Source of the DNA: Planctomycetota bacterium
Lineage (GTDB): Bacteria > Planctomycetota > UBA1135 > UBA2386
Length of the DNA stretch: 64,000 nucleotides
Assembly: GCA_965223545.1 (NCBI GenBank)
Contig: OZ245006.1
Span: 7,872,001-7,936,000, forward strand
Direction of reading: 5' to 3'
The translations under genes were made by a program, and so were the position numbers. Positions within the stretch are counted from its first letter, which is position 1. The number at the start of each line of letters is the position of its first letter. Below are positions 1 through 9,911 of this stretch, piece by piece. Under the pieces are notes generated by a model, which made no database searches, was not told the origin of the DNA, and saw only the letters and a list, made by a program, of their open reading frames with translations.

Positions 1-1
1 C

Positions 2-661
2 CCGTCCCTGTTGGAGGCGCGCGGTGGCGACGCGGTGCGCGTCTTGGATGGCAGCACGGTGCACCTCTGGGGGCCGCGGTTGCCCGGGCAAATGGTGGGA
101 GGAGCCGGTGCGGCGATCGGCGGGAACGCAGTGCACTGGGCGGGGTCGGGTTTCCCGGCGGTCCAGGCCTGCGGCAGCTTGTTCCTGACTCCTGGAGCGG
201 GGCCACTGCCGGGCGGGCGGTTCGCGGTGCGTTACGACCGAGGTTTGTTGACGGTGGGGCCACCCCCCGTGGTGCGCGCGGTGCCGCGGTGTACCCCGAC
301 CGAAACGGGGTTCGCCGAGTTTGGCATCGATGCGCGACTGCAGCCCGGAACCAGCGAAAACATCGTGGTCTACGCCAGCCTCGGCCAGCCGTATGTCCCT
401 TTCATCGGTGAAGTGTCGATCGGTGCACCGTTGCCCGGTGTCGCCAACGGGCGGTTGTTGGACTACATGTCGCCGAGGGTCGTGGCGCTGGCGCCCGGCG
501 TCTCTTCGTTCCCGAGAGCCGTGCTGCCCGTGACCATTCCCCTGGCCGCTCCACTGCTCGGAACCCAGCTCGGCGTGCAAGCCCTGCTCGGCCCGGTGCC
601 GAGTGTGCCGGCCTCGGGCTTCGCTCTCAGCATGGGCGAAGTCTACGTGGTTTCGCCGTGA
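2..661 (+). CDS. hypothetical protein, 5'-partial; ends in the recurrent C-terminal module
   Basis: Frame open from window start to TGA at 659-661; C-terminus VTIPLAAPLLGTQLGVQALLGP...GFALSMGEVYVVSP resembles the ends of other secreted proteins here. Confidence 0.7.
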   Translation, partial: PSLLEARGGDAVRVLDGSTVHLWGPRLPGQMVGGAGAAIGGNAVHWAGSGFPAVQACGSLFLTPGAGPLPGGRFAVRYDRGLLTVGPPPVVRAVPRCTPTETGFAEFGIDARLQPGTSENIVVYASLGQPYVPFIGEVSIGAPLPGVANGRLLDYMSPRVVALAPGVSSFPRAVLPVTIPLAAPLLGTQLGVQALLGPVPSVPASGFALSMGEVYVVSP

Positions 662-676
662 TGGGGTGGCGAGCCG

Positions 677-2063
677 ATGAGCACCACCGATGAAGATCGC
701 GAGCCGGTCCCGGAAGACCGCCGGGCGCCCAAGCCGATCGAGCGTCGGGTCGAACGGCTGCTGACCCCGCTGCAGGAGTTCATCTCCGACCAAGTCGTCG
801 CGAGCGGACTACTGCTCGGCTGCGCCGTCGTCGCGCTGGTGCTGGCCAACTCGGCCTGGGCCGACCATTACGACTCGATCCGCGAGGCCAAGGTCGGCAT
901 CCACGCCGGCAGCTTCGAGCTGTCGATGTCGCTGCGGCATTGGATCAACGATGGTCTGATGGCGCTGTTCTTCTTCTTGCTGGGGCTCGAGATCAAGCGC
1001 GAGTTTCTGGCCGGCGACCTGCAGGATCCGCGGCGGGCCCGCTTGCTCGCGGTGACCGCGTTGGGCGGGATGCTGGTGCCCGCAGCGGTCTTTGCCGCGC
1101 TGTGTCCGCCGCAGGCCTCCGGCGGGTGGGGAGTGCCAATGGCGACGGACACCGCGTTCGCGATCGGAGTCCTCGCGTTGCTGAGAACGCGGGTGCCCGC
1201 AAGCCTGGCGGCGTTTCTGGTCGGCCTGGCGATCATCGACGACATCGGGGCTGTGCTCGTGATCGCCTTCTTCTACGGCCACGAGCTCTCGGCCGACGCG
1301 CTGCTCGCTGCTCGCGGCACTTGGACTGTTTGCGTTGCTCGTCTCCTGCAACGTGTTCGGCGTGCGGCGCCCCGCCGTCTACCTCGGCGTCGGGGTCGCG
1401 CTGTGGTACGCGGTGTTGTGCTCTGGCATCCACGCGACGGTCGCCGGCGTGCTGGTCGCGCTCACCGTGTCGGCCCGGACCAAGGTCTCGTCTCACCGTT
1501 TCGAAGAGCGGATCGCGCGTCTGATGCGCCGTCTGCGCCGGCAGCGGCAAGAGGATACGGACATCCTTGCGGCCCCTTCGCAGCACGAGATCGTGGAGGA
1601 GGTGCGGCGGACGGCGCGGCGGGCGAGCACTCCCCTGCAGCGGTGGGAGACCGCTCTCGAGACGCCGATCGGTTTGCTCGTGGTGCCGCTGTTCGCACTG
1701 GCGAACGCTGGCGTAGAGGTCCGCGGGCCCGCGCTCGCGGCGGTCAGCGACCCGCTCGTCCTGGCCGTCGCCGCGGCGCTCGTCGTCGGCAAGCTGCTCG
1801 GCATCACCGGCTTTTGCTGGCTCGGCTTGACCTTGCGCGTCGGTGTCCTGCCTCCGGGGATCAGCATGCGGCACGTCGCGGGGATGAGTCTGCTCGCTGG
1901 CATGGGATTTACGATGTCGATCTTCATCGCCAACCTGGCGTTCGCGACCGACGCGGCGATGCTGCAGACGGCGAAACTGGGGATCCTGATCGGTACGGCC
2001 ATCGCCGGCGCGTGCGGCTACCTGGTGTTGCGCGCCGGCGGCAGCCGCGGCACGGTCACGTGA
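677..2063 (+). pseudogene. nhaA: Na+/H+ antiporter NhaA, frameshifted
   Basis: NhaA motifs HWINDGLMALFFFLLGLEIKRE, GWGVPMATDTAFA, LAIIDDIGAVLVIA in first frame; SGIHATVAGV, PLFALANAG, GMGFTMSIFIANLAF in second frame; removing a 7-bp duplication at 1301-1314 restores one 459-aa ORF. Confidence 0.9.
1301..1314 (+). repeat. 7-bp tandem duplication CTGCTCG x2 causing the nhaA frameshift
   Basis: gcg CTGCTCG CTGCTCG cggcac; one copy gives D-A-L-L-A-A-L-G-L-F-A-L-L-V in frame. Confidence 0.85.
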
Positions 2064-2991
2064 GCGTGGCTTCGATGCGGCTCAGGCTTGCGCCGGGAGC
2101 CACGGCACGCAGGACCGCTCGGGTGGCCGACTCCTGGCTGATCGGCGCCGGCGCCTCGACCATCACCGCGCCGGTGACGGCGAGGTCGTCGCCGGGATCC
2201 AGGCTCATGCTGAGATGAGTGAGCGCGGATTGCAGCGGCGACATGCTGGGGTTGAAGGCGGCATTCTCCGCATAGCGGCCGGCGTAGACCGCGCCTGAGC
2301 TGTGCATGAGTGCGAGCCCGCAGTAGTCCTTGGAGTACGGCGCGTAGCTCGCGTTCGCCGCGGCGAGTGCGGCGAGCGCCGCGGGAGTCGCGTTATGCGT
2401 GCGCAGGCCGTGGTTCTGCGGAGCCATCAGTCCGCCGGTCACGCCCAAGTCGTGCGGCCCGAACGGATCGGGCAGATAGTCGGCCAGGGGCCGGGAGGTG
2501 TAGCCGGTCGCAGCTTCGTCGGCGACCAGCAGCACGTCCAGCTGCGCTGCGGTGGCGAGCTCGAACAAGAACTGACGGCAGTAGCCGCACGGCGCCGCAT
2601 TGACCGCCAGTGCCCGGAGACCCTGCTCGTCGTGCAGCCACGCCAGCGCGGTCGCTGCCTGCTCACCATGCACGCTCAGGCTCAGCGCCTCGCCGGAGAA
2701 CTCGAGGTTGGCGCCGAGGTACAGGCTGCCGGGGCCGGGCCCGGTTGTCGGCGGCATTCCCAGAGCAACGGCGCCGACGCGAAACCCCGAGATTGGCGGC
2801 CGCGCGTACGCGGCCGCCACCGGGAGTAGCTCGGTCATGAGCTGACCGACCTCGATGCCCTCGGTCTGCAGGATGGACGCCACGACGGCCGAGGGCAGCA
2901 CTCCCGCGGTCAGGCCGGTGGTCACCAGGTCGCGGGTGTCGAGGGAGCGGCGGCGCAGGGCGTGTTCGATGGCATCAGCAAGTGGAGGCAT
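2056..2991 (-). CDS. cdd: cytidine deaminase, two-domain homodimeric type
   Basis: ISGFRVGA, LGANLEF, Zn motifs HGEQ and PCGYCRQ, C-terminal SYAPYS...GRYAENAAFNPSMSPLQ. Confidence 0.9.
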   Translation of the reverse strand: MPPLADAIEHALRRRSLDTRDLVTTGLTAGVLPSAVVASILQTEGIEVGQLMTELLPVAAAYARPPISGFRVGAVALGMPPTTGPGPGSLYLGANLEFSGEALSLSVHGEQAATALAWLHDEQGLRALAVNAAPCGYCRQFLFELATAAQLDVLLVADEAATGYTSRPLADYLPDPFGPHDLGVTGGLMAPQNHGLRTHNATPAALAALAAANASYAPYSKDYCGLALMHSSGAVYAGRYAENAAFNPSMSPLQSALTHLSMSLDPGDDLAVTGAVMVEAPAPISQESATRAVLRAVAPGASLSRIEATLT

Positions 2992-3017
2992 GGTTCATGC
3001 AGCCGCCGACCGACAGA

Positions 3018-4349
3018 TCACTGTTGGTTGATGACGATCACCGCGCCGGTGGACAGCACGCGGTTGCCGATCGGATCGAGGAGCTCGGCCTGAAACGAGA
3101 TCGGGCCGCTGCTCGTGGTTGGAAACGGCGATTGCAGCGCCAGCAAACCGCTGCCGCCGATGACCCCCATGAAACTGACCACCGCGGCGTTGGGATCGAT
3201 CCAGAGGTAGCTGCTGCCGAGCGGAGTGGGCGCCCCGGCGGGTGGAGGGGAGGACCGGACGATGGCGCTCCACTGTGGTGGCCCCCAGAGACGTCCGCTG
3301 ATGGTCCCTCCGGGCGCTGGGTATCGGATGGCGAGATCCGGCACGATCTGCGCGATCACCTGCGGGCCAGCGACACCGTTGTGCGGCTCGGGTGTCGCCG
3401 GATCGACGGTGACCTGACCGCTGCCGAAGACACCAGCGCCCGCGGCCACCGTGCCGCAGAACAACGTCTCCGCGGTGCCGCCGAGGGCCGAGCCGCCCGG
3501 GCCGGTGATGGTCACCGACCCCGAGCGCAGCTCGACGGCCGGTCCCGGCATCAGCGTGACGGCGCAGGTGAAGGGATCGATCGCGCCGCCGGAGCCCAAG
3601 ACGATCGAGTCGGCGAGGATCACTTCGCTCTGGTCGACCAGCAGCGCGTGCGGCTGCGGGCCGAGCGCGGCCACGACACGGCACTGGTTCATCAGCACGA
3701 GACTGCGCCGGTCCACCGTCACCACGCTCGCGTCGCACGTGTTGAGAGTGACGTGCACCGAGCTGCTGATTGCGAACGCGCCCAGCCCGAACACGCCGAC
3801 GTCGATTTCCTCGCAGTGCACCGAGCCAGCGTTGTTGTCGCACCGCACCGAGCTCGCCACGCCCAGGTCGGCGCTCATTCGCTTGAGGGCGCAGCGTTCA
3901 CCTGCCGGGAGGTTGGCGATGGTGAACGCGCCGCGAAACACCACGCTGTCGCCCCAGGTCTCGGGGACCACGTTGATCCCCTTGGTCAGCGTCGGTGCGG
4001 CGTAGTTGCCGCTGCGCACGCGCAGGGTGTGGCCGGCGCGCACGCGCGTGCTGGTCGCCGCGGACAAGAGGCTGGTGAAGTGGCTGCCCGGGCCGGCGGC
4101 TTGATCGACGATCCAAACCGAGCGGGGGCCGTCGACCGGCCGCGGTGCGGGCGCCACGCGTGCCGCGGCGGCAGAGCCGTCGGCAGGACGGCCGCTCGTC
4201 GGGAGCTCCTGCGCGGGGACAGCGAGCGCCGACAGCACGGCGAAGGTGGCCCAAGTGAGCCGCCGGCAGATGGCGGGGAGATTGGGCGCGGCCGGGGCCG
4301 GGCCGATCGTGCAGCGATGCATGCGTCCTACCTCGGGATGTCGGGTCAT
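3018..4349 (-). CDS. secreted hypothetical protein (beta-helix-like core plus C-terminal module); start uncertain
   Basis: Signal-like ATFAVLSALAVPAQE; WIVDQAAGPGSHFTSL...GHTLRVRSGNY is typical of the start of beta-helix proteins; overlaps the stop of the upstream gene. Confidence 0.65.
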   Translation of the reverse strand: MTRHPEVGRMHRCTIGPAPAAPNLPAICRRLTWATFAVLSALAVPAQELPTSGRPADGSAAAARVAPAPRPVDGPRSVWIVDQAAGPGSHFTSLLSAATSTRVRAGHTLRVRSGNYAAPTLTKGINVVPETWGDSVVFRGAFTIANLPAGERCALKRMSADLGVASSVRCDNNAGSVHCEEIDVGVFGLGAFAISSSVHVTLNTCDASVVTVDRRSLVLMNQCRVVAALGPQPHALLVDQSEVILADSIVLGSGGAIDPFTCAVTLMPGPAVELRSGSVTITGPGGSALGGTAETLFCGTVAAGAGVFGSGQVTVDPATPEPHNGVAGPQVIAQIVPDLAIRYPAPGGTISGRLWGPPQWSAIVRSSPPPAGAPTPLGSSYLWIDPNAAVVSFMGVIGGSGLLALQSPFPTTSSGPISFQAELLDPIGNRVLSTGAVIVINQQ

Positions 4350-7300
4350 TGGTCGAACCGCCGGATGCCCATCGAGCCTGCGACGTAGACTTCGGCCTTG
4401 CCGTCGGCACCGACCAAGTCGGCGATGACGATCGAGTTGAGCGCGCCCACCGCGCCCTCGACGTATTCGGTGTCGAGCAGCGCCGCGCTGCTGCCATCGA
4501 ACACGAACAGCTCACCGGTGAGCGTCGTCACCACGATCTCGGGAACTCCGTCGGCGGTGAAATCGTGCAGCGCGATCCCCGACGGCGCGTAGCCCAGCGC
4601 GCCCGCCCCGGTGGGCATCGGCACGGTGAGGTGCGGCACGAAGTTGGTGCCGTCGTGAGTGAGGACGCGCAACGTCGCGGTGGCGTCGTTTCCGGCGCTG
4701 TCGACCGTGTCGTAGTAGGGCGCGAACACGACTTCGTCGAAGCCGTCGCCGGTGAAGTCGCCGAGCGCGAGTGCCATTCCGCCGAAGCCGTAGTCGGCGC
4801 TTTGCGTGCGGATCGGTTGGGGTGCGTGGCTGCCGTCGAAGCGAGTCTCGAGCAGCATGACCACGCCGTCGAGGCCGCTGACGACTGCTTGTGGCGCGGT
4901 CAAGCCGGGATCGACGCGCCCGATGCGACAGGCCTGGTGCGACCAGATGTCGGCGAGGTCGTACTCGGTGCGCAGCGCGATGCCATCCCCCGGCGACGAG
5001 GGCACCGCGGGCCGTGCACCGACCAGGTCCGGCCCGGTCGAGTTCCACAGCGCCTGCAGGCGCGGCACCGGCGTGGCCGCGAGGTCGTAACGGACCGCCT
5101 GCACCAGATTGGGATAGGAGAGTGGATACGCACCCGCCCACAGCGGCTTGGGGGCCCACCAGGCCGCGTGCGAGATGCCGCCGGACAACAGCGCGTCCCC
5201 CGGCTGCTGGAACACCCAGAACCCGCCGAACAAGAACGTGCTGTCGGCCGCGATCGGAGCCCAGAAGGATGGGATCAGCGGCAGGTACGCCTTGGTGGTG
5301 ACGCGGCGCGCCGGGCCCATGGGGTTGACGGCCCACTGCGACACGCCGACTCCGCCCTGCTCGAGCTTCATCTTCTGGGCGTTGGGTCCCGCCCAGACGA
5401 TGCGTGAGACGCTGCGCGGAAGCGCGACCTCGAGACTGATCGCCGTGCCGATCGGCACGCCGTTGGTGGGATTGATCCGCCACCACGCGCCGGTGGCGTC
5501 CACCGCGCGCAAGGTATTGGTGACGGGGTCCGCGGCCATCGCCCACGTGGCCGCCAACGTGGAGTTAGTGCGGTGGTCGTAGAACGTCGTCGCGCCCGGG
5601 TCCACCTTGCGCAGGATCGACAGCCGGAAGGGAGGCGAGGTGTCGAGCACGTCGCTCAGCTGTAGCCAAACCACGTGCCCCGCGAGCGTCGAGATCACGA
5701 TCTCGTCGCCGGGGTTGCCGTCGAGGTCGCCGGTGGCGACCGCGACCGCGCCGCGGGCCGGCGCGAACGACTCGAGGTTCTTGAGGCCGACGAGGGTCTT
5801 GGTGTCGTCCCAGATGACGAGGTGCCGTTGGAACAAGGCGACGATGTAGGTCGTCCCGCCGCTCTGCGCTACCGCGAACGAGCCCTCGTTGCCCGCGACC
5901 AGCGGACCGTACAGCGACTTCAAGCCACCGGGGTTCTCGAGCGAGCCGAACTCGTCGACCACCTGCAGCGTGTCGGCGTCGAAGATGCGTACGGCGGTGG
6001 TCTGCGTGCCGGAGCTCGGCACCGAGGACGGCCCGAGCAGCGTGCCGTAGAGGCCCGCGACGCGCGGTTGTCCGGCCCACTGCACGGGCTCGAGGCCGAT
6101 CATGCGCCCGTACTGCAGTGACGAGGCGGCGACGAGCTTGCCCTGCGGCCCCGAGGTGACCGTGGTGTCCATCTCGAGGGCGAACACGTGGCCCCGCGCG
6201 GACATCCCGTAGATCGGCCGATCGAAGTCACTGCTCGGCAGATGCGGTGTCGGTGTCGGGCCGACGACGAGGTCGCGAATGCCGCCCTCACCGTGCCAGG
6301 CGAGGACCGAGAGGTTTTGGTCCAGCACCAACAAGCGGCCGTGCAGCGTCGTGCAGACGATCTCCATGCCCGGGTTTGCCGGGTTGATCTCGGCGATCTG
6401 CAGTCGTCGCGGCCACGCGTACTCGAACGCCGGGGCGGCTTGACCAAATGGAGCATCGGCAACCGCTTCCAGTGCCAAGGTGCTGGCGTCGAGGATCGCG
6501 ATGCGCTTGTAGGAGGCCGCGACGACTTCGTCCTGGGCGTCCCCATCGACGTCCGCGACCTGCAGTGCCCACGCGCCGTAGCCGATGTCGAAGTCGGCGC
6601 CGGCGTCGTTGGACTGCGCCATCTCGCGCAGAGGCTCGAGCGTGCCGGGCGCGATCACGTCGCGGGCGAAACGGTGGATCACGCCGTCGGCGCTGCCGAC
6701 GTAGACCGAGCCACCGCGCACCACCAGCGAGTCCTTCCACCCGGTGTAGGTGCCGTGGCCGTGGCGGCGGAACGCGGGCACCTCTTGCAGCAAGCCCGCC
6801 GCGGTGGGCACGTCGGGCCGCGCTGGCCGCGCCAGCACGTGGTCGTGCGGCTCGAGCGTCGCCAGCGACGCCGCCAGCGGGACCAGTGGTGGGGGGCGCA
6901 TGCCCGCGGTGATGGTCACGTCGATCTGCTTGCGCGCCTCGGGCACCATCTCCCACAGGGCGTCGGTGACGTCGTGAGTGGTGATCGAGCCGGAGGTCTT
7001 GAAGATCGTGAACGGCTCGCCGACGGCGTTGTCGCCGTGGCACGCCTTGCCGACCACCGACCACCAGATGTGTGGTGGGTGCAGTGCCGTGCTGATCGGG
7101 GTGTAGCGGCCGAACCGCAGGTTGGTCGCCGACGGATCGACGATCTTCACCCAGTCGTTGCCGTGGGTCACTGGATCGACATCACCGGACAGCAAGTAGA
7201 CCGGGCGTAGGACGTGGCCGCCGCCGAGGTCTCGGTTGAGCACCAGCCGGTTGAGCAGCGACAGGCTCTTGTAGTCGGTGCCCTCGATGCGACAGAAGAT

Positions 7301-8308
7301 CGGAAAGTCCGTCATGTCCGCCAGCGTGTAGCCGGCGCCGCTGTTTCCGCGACCGAGTGCAGTGCTGTAGAAGTCGTAGCTGTCCTGGTCGTTGATGACG
7401 GTACGCACGCTGGGGTGGAAGGCGGAGTCGAAGCCGGCGTGGAACTCGTCGGGGTAGAGCAGCGGAAAGAGGTGCGCCGGCAATCCGCCGTAGGAGCCCC
7501 CCGCGACCAAGAAGCCGATCTTGGTGGCGTCGTAGCCGAGGTCGTCCACCAGGTGGCGGATGACGATTTCGCGCAGTTGGCGGTAGCGCTGCATGGTCGA
7601 CACCAGCGGGCGGTGCGACGCCGCGGGGACGATGTAGGCGCCGAACACGTCGTAGTCGCGGCTGCCGGCGCCCGGCCGGAAGTGCTCGACGACGCGATCG
7701 ATGCCGGGCCACGGGTACCGGAACCAGTTGCCGGTAGAGGAGTCCCGCGCGGACCAGAGACCGTAGTTACTGGCGTCGCCTGGGTAGGAAAACGGTGCCT
7801 GGTCCGGCTTGTCCAGCGGCACGTGGGTCGGCGGCACGGAGAAGACGACGACCGCGTAGCGGCCGGCGCCCGACGGCAACGGGTCCGGGCCGATCAACTC
7901 GTAGGACGCCGCGAATTCGGTGGGTGGTTGCGCCGGGGGCCGGCGGATCTCACCGACGCGGTGGCGCAGCGAGCTCGGGGCCGGCGTCGAGAACGGCGTC
8001 CAGCCGGTGCCGAGGAGGTCGACGGTGTAGCCGAACGCTTCGGGTGGCGCCGGGTCCGCACCGAGCACGCCGCCGACGTCGACGCCAGCGAGCACCGCCG
8101 CCTCGCCGTAGTTCCAGCGGCCGTCGGGGAGATTGAACCACTGTGAGCGTTCGAGCGGGTCGGCGGGCGTCACCGCCCCGGGGGCCAGCGGCGCGATCGC
8201 GGCTTCGCCGCCGACTTGCGCCACGGCGTCGCGGCGCGAACCCGCGAGCGCAAGAGTTCCGAGGACGAGAGGCCACGAGCGCTGGAGCACGGGGCGGATG
8301 GGAGGCAT
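4346..8308 (-). CDS. large secreted protein: alpha/beta-hydrolase-like region plus FG-GAP/VCBS repeats
   Basis: 1320 aa, signal peptide, GGSYGG nucleophile-elbow motif, repeats ADVDGDAQDEVV, GDLDGNPGDEIV, GDFTGDGFDEVV, HDFTADGVPEIV, ADLVGADGKAEVYV; GGAG RBS upstream. Confidence 0.75.
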   Translation of the reverse strand: MPPIRPVLQRSWPLVLGTLALAGSRRDAVAQVGGEAAIAPLAPGAVTPADPLERSQWFNLPDGRWNYGEAAVLAGVDVGGVLGADPAPPEAFGYTVDLLGTGWTPFSTPAPSSLRHRVGEIRRPPAQPPTEFAASYELIGPDPLPSGAGRYAVVVFSVPPTHVPLDKPDQAPFSYPGDASNYGLWSARDSSTGNWFRYPWPGIDRVVEHFRPGAGSRDYDVFGAYIVPAASHRPLVSTMQRYRQLREIVIRHLVDDLGYDATKIGFLVAGGSYGGLPAHLFPLLYPDEFHAGFDSAFHPSVRTVINDQDSYDFYSTALGRGNSGAGYTLADMTDFPIFCRIEGTDYKSLSLLNRLVLNRDLGGGHVLRPVYLLSGDVDPVTHGNDWVKIVDPSATNLRFGRYTPISTALHPPHIWWSVVGKACHGDNAVGEPFTIFKTSGSITTHDVTDALWEMVPEARKQIDVTITAGMRPPPLVPLAASLATLEPHDHVLARPARPDVPTAAGLLQEVPAFRRHGHGTYTGWKDSLVVRGGSVYVGSADGVIHRFARDVIAPGTLEPLREMAQSNDAGADFDIGYGAWALQVADVDGDAQDEVVAASYKRIAILDASTLALEAVADAPFGQAAPAFEYAWPRRLQIAEINPANPGMEIVCTTLHGRLLVLDQNLSVLAWHGEGGIRDLVVGPTPTPHLPSSDFDRPIYGMSARGHVFALEMDTTVTSGPQGKLVAASSLQYGRMIGLEPVQWAGQPRVAGLYGTLLGPSSVPSSGTQTTAVRIFDADTLQVVDEFGSLENPGGLKSLYGPLVAGNEGSFAVAQSGGTTYIVALFQRHLVIWDDTKTLVGLKNLESFAPARGAVAVATGDLDGNPGDEIVISTLAGHVVWLQLSDVLDTSPPFRLSILRKVDPGATTFYDHRTNSTLAATWAMAADPVTNTLRAVDATGAWWRINPTNGVPIGTAISLEVALPRSVSRIVWAGPNAQKMKLEQGGVGVSQWAVNPMGPARRVTTKAYLPLIPSFWAPIAADSTFLFGGFWVFQQPGDALLSGGISHAAWWAPKPLWAGAYPLSYPNLVQAVRYDLAATPVPRLQALWNSTGPDLVGARPAVPSSPGDGIALRTEYDLADIWSHQACRIGRVDPGLTAPQAVVSGLDGVVMLLETRFDGSHAPQPIRTQSADYGFGGMALALGDFTGDGFDEVVFAPYYDTVDSAGNDATATLRVLTHDGTNFVPHLTVPMPTGAGALGYAPSGIALHDFTADGVPEIVVTTLTGELFVFDGSSAALLDTEYVEGAVGALNSIVIADLVGADGKAEVYVAGSMGIRRFDQ

Positions 8309-8531
8309 GGGGCTCCTGTCTTGGAAGCGAGGTGGCGGCGAAGCCGCTGCGTTGCGGACGCCCGACGCCCACCTGATGTTCCGTGGTTGGGCGCGGCAAA
8401 CCTGCGCGTCACCAAAACGGTACGCTCAGCAACCATACCAGTGTGGCGCGTTGTTCGGCGCCCGCCTCGACGGATCGACCAGCGCAATGGGACGGAACTC
8501 CGTAAGATGCAGCGCGGGGTTTTCTCGCGTC

Positions 8532-9905
8532 ATGCGTCTGTCGAGCTACAACCTCTTCGTCCGCGACGGAGACCACACTGTGGCCGTCAACTTGCTGTCG
8601 CGCGCGGCGGTCAAGCTGTCGCCGGCGTCCTACCGGAGGCTGCTGCGGTGGAGCGGTGACGGCCTGCCCACCGACCTCGGCGACGACGAGCGGACGTTCG
8701 CCGAGTTCATGGTGCAAAGTCGCTTCTTGATCGACGATGACTTCCACGAGATCGGGTTCATCCGGGAACGCACGCGGCGGGAGCGGTTCCACTCTCGCGC
8801 GCTCGGCCTCGTCATCGCGCCGACGATGGGCTGCAACTTCTCCTGCCACTACTGCTTCGAGGACAAGGCCGAGGTCTTTCTCGACGCCGCGTCGCAGGCG
8901 CGCATCCTCGAGCTGGTGGCCGAGCGGACTGGCTCGTTCGACGCTCTCGAAGTGCAGTGGTTCGGCGGCGAGCCGCTGCGCGGCCTGGACGTGGTCGAGT
9001 CGCTGTCATCGGGCTTTTGCGCGCTGGCGGCCGAGCACGGGTTCTCGTACTCCGCCCTGCTGATCAGCAACGGCTACTTGTTGACCGCCGACGTCGCCGG
9101 GCGGCTGTGCGCCCTCGGCGTGCGCAGCTTGCAGGTCACTCTCGACGGCGACCGCGCGCTGCACGACCGCACGCGGCGCGAGCCGGGCGGCCACGGATCC
9201 TTCGACCGAATCCTCGCCAACCTGCGCGCGGTCCCCGACGAGGTCGAAGTCGGAGTGCGCGTGCACTTGGCGCCGTTCAACCACACGGACGTCCTGCGCC
9301 TGCTGGACACGCTCGACGCCGCGGGCATGCAGCAGCACATCGACCGCTTGTACTGTGCGCCCTTGTTCAACTACCGCGCTGGCATGACGTCGCCGGCTTA
9401 TCAACCCGACGGCAAGCGGTTCGCGTCCTCCGCCGAGTTCGCGGCGTTGCAAGTGTCGGTCCTGGAGAAGGCGCACGCGCTGGGGTTCCGGCTCGACGAT
9501 TTCTTGGATGTCAGCTACGGAATCTGCACCGCGGTGCGCGGGGATACCCTGCTCGTCGACGCCCAGGGCCACTTGCTGAAGTGCTACAAGGATTGCGGCG
9601 TCGCCGAGGAGGCCTTTGGTGATCTCGCCGGCGGCGTCGATCGACCGGAGAACTTGCGCAAGTGGGTCGACGTCGACATCCCGCGCGACGAGGAGTGCCG
9701 CGCCTGTACGTTCCTGCCGGTGTGCTTCGGTGGCTGCGCCAAGCAATGGCAGGAGGGCGCCGACAAGTCAGTGATCTGCACGCCGTTGAAGTACAACTAC
9801 GAAGAGCGACTGCGGCTGCTCTTCCGCGACACCGATCTTTGCCCGCCACGCGCGCCGGCGGCCGCGGGGTCGGCCAAACCGGTCCTGCAGCTCGGCACGC
9901 GGTGA
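8532..9905 (+). CDS. radical SAM/SPASM domain protein (peptide-maturase-like)
   Basis: CNFSCHYC, WFGGEPL, SNGYLL; SPASM Cx13Gx4C...Cx2Cx5Cx3Cx13C; ATG 8532 (MRLSSYN) preferred over the track start 8133, which overlaps the divergent gene. Confidence 0.9.
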   Translation: MRLSSYNLFVRDGDHTVAVNLLSRAAVKLSPASYRRLLRWSGDGLPTDLGDDERTFAEFMVQSRFLIDDDFHEIGFIRERTRRERFHSRALGLVIAPTMGCNFSCHYCFEDKAEVFLDAASQARILELVAERTGSFDALEVQWFGGEPLRGLDVVESLSSGFCALAAEHGFSYSALLISNGYLLTADVAGRLCALGVRSLQVTLDGDRALHDRTRREPGGHGSFDRILANLRAVPDEVEVGVRVHLAPFNHTDVLRLLDTLDAAGMQQHIDRLYCAPLFNYRAGMTSPAYQPDGKRFASSAEFAALQVSVLEKAHALGFRLDDFLDVSYGICTAVRGDTLLVDAQGHLLKCYKDCGVAEEAFGDLAGGVDRPENLRKWVDVDIPRDEECRACTFLPVCFGGCAKQWQEGADKSVICTPLKYNYEERLRLLFRDTDLCPPRAPAAAGSAKPVLQLGTR

Positions 9906-9911
9906 GGAAGC

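Noticed and set aside
8309..8531. Possible RiPP precursor upstream of the rSAM gene
   Set aside because: ATGs are in frame with the rSAM or lack an RBS and precursor-like composition
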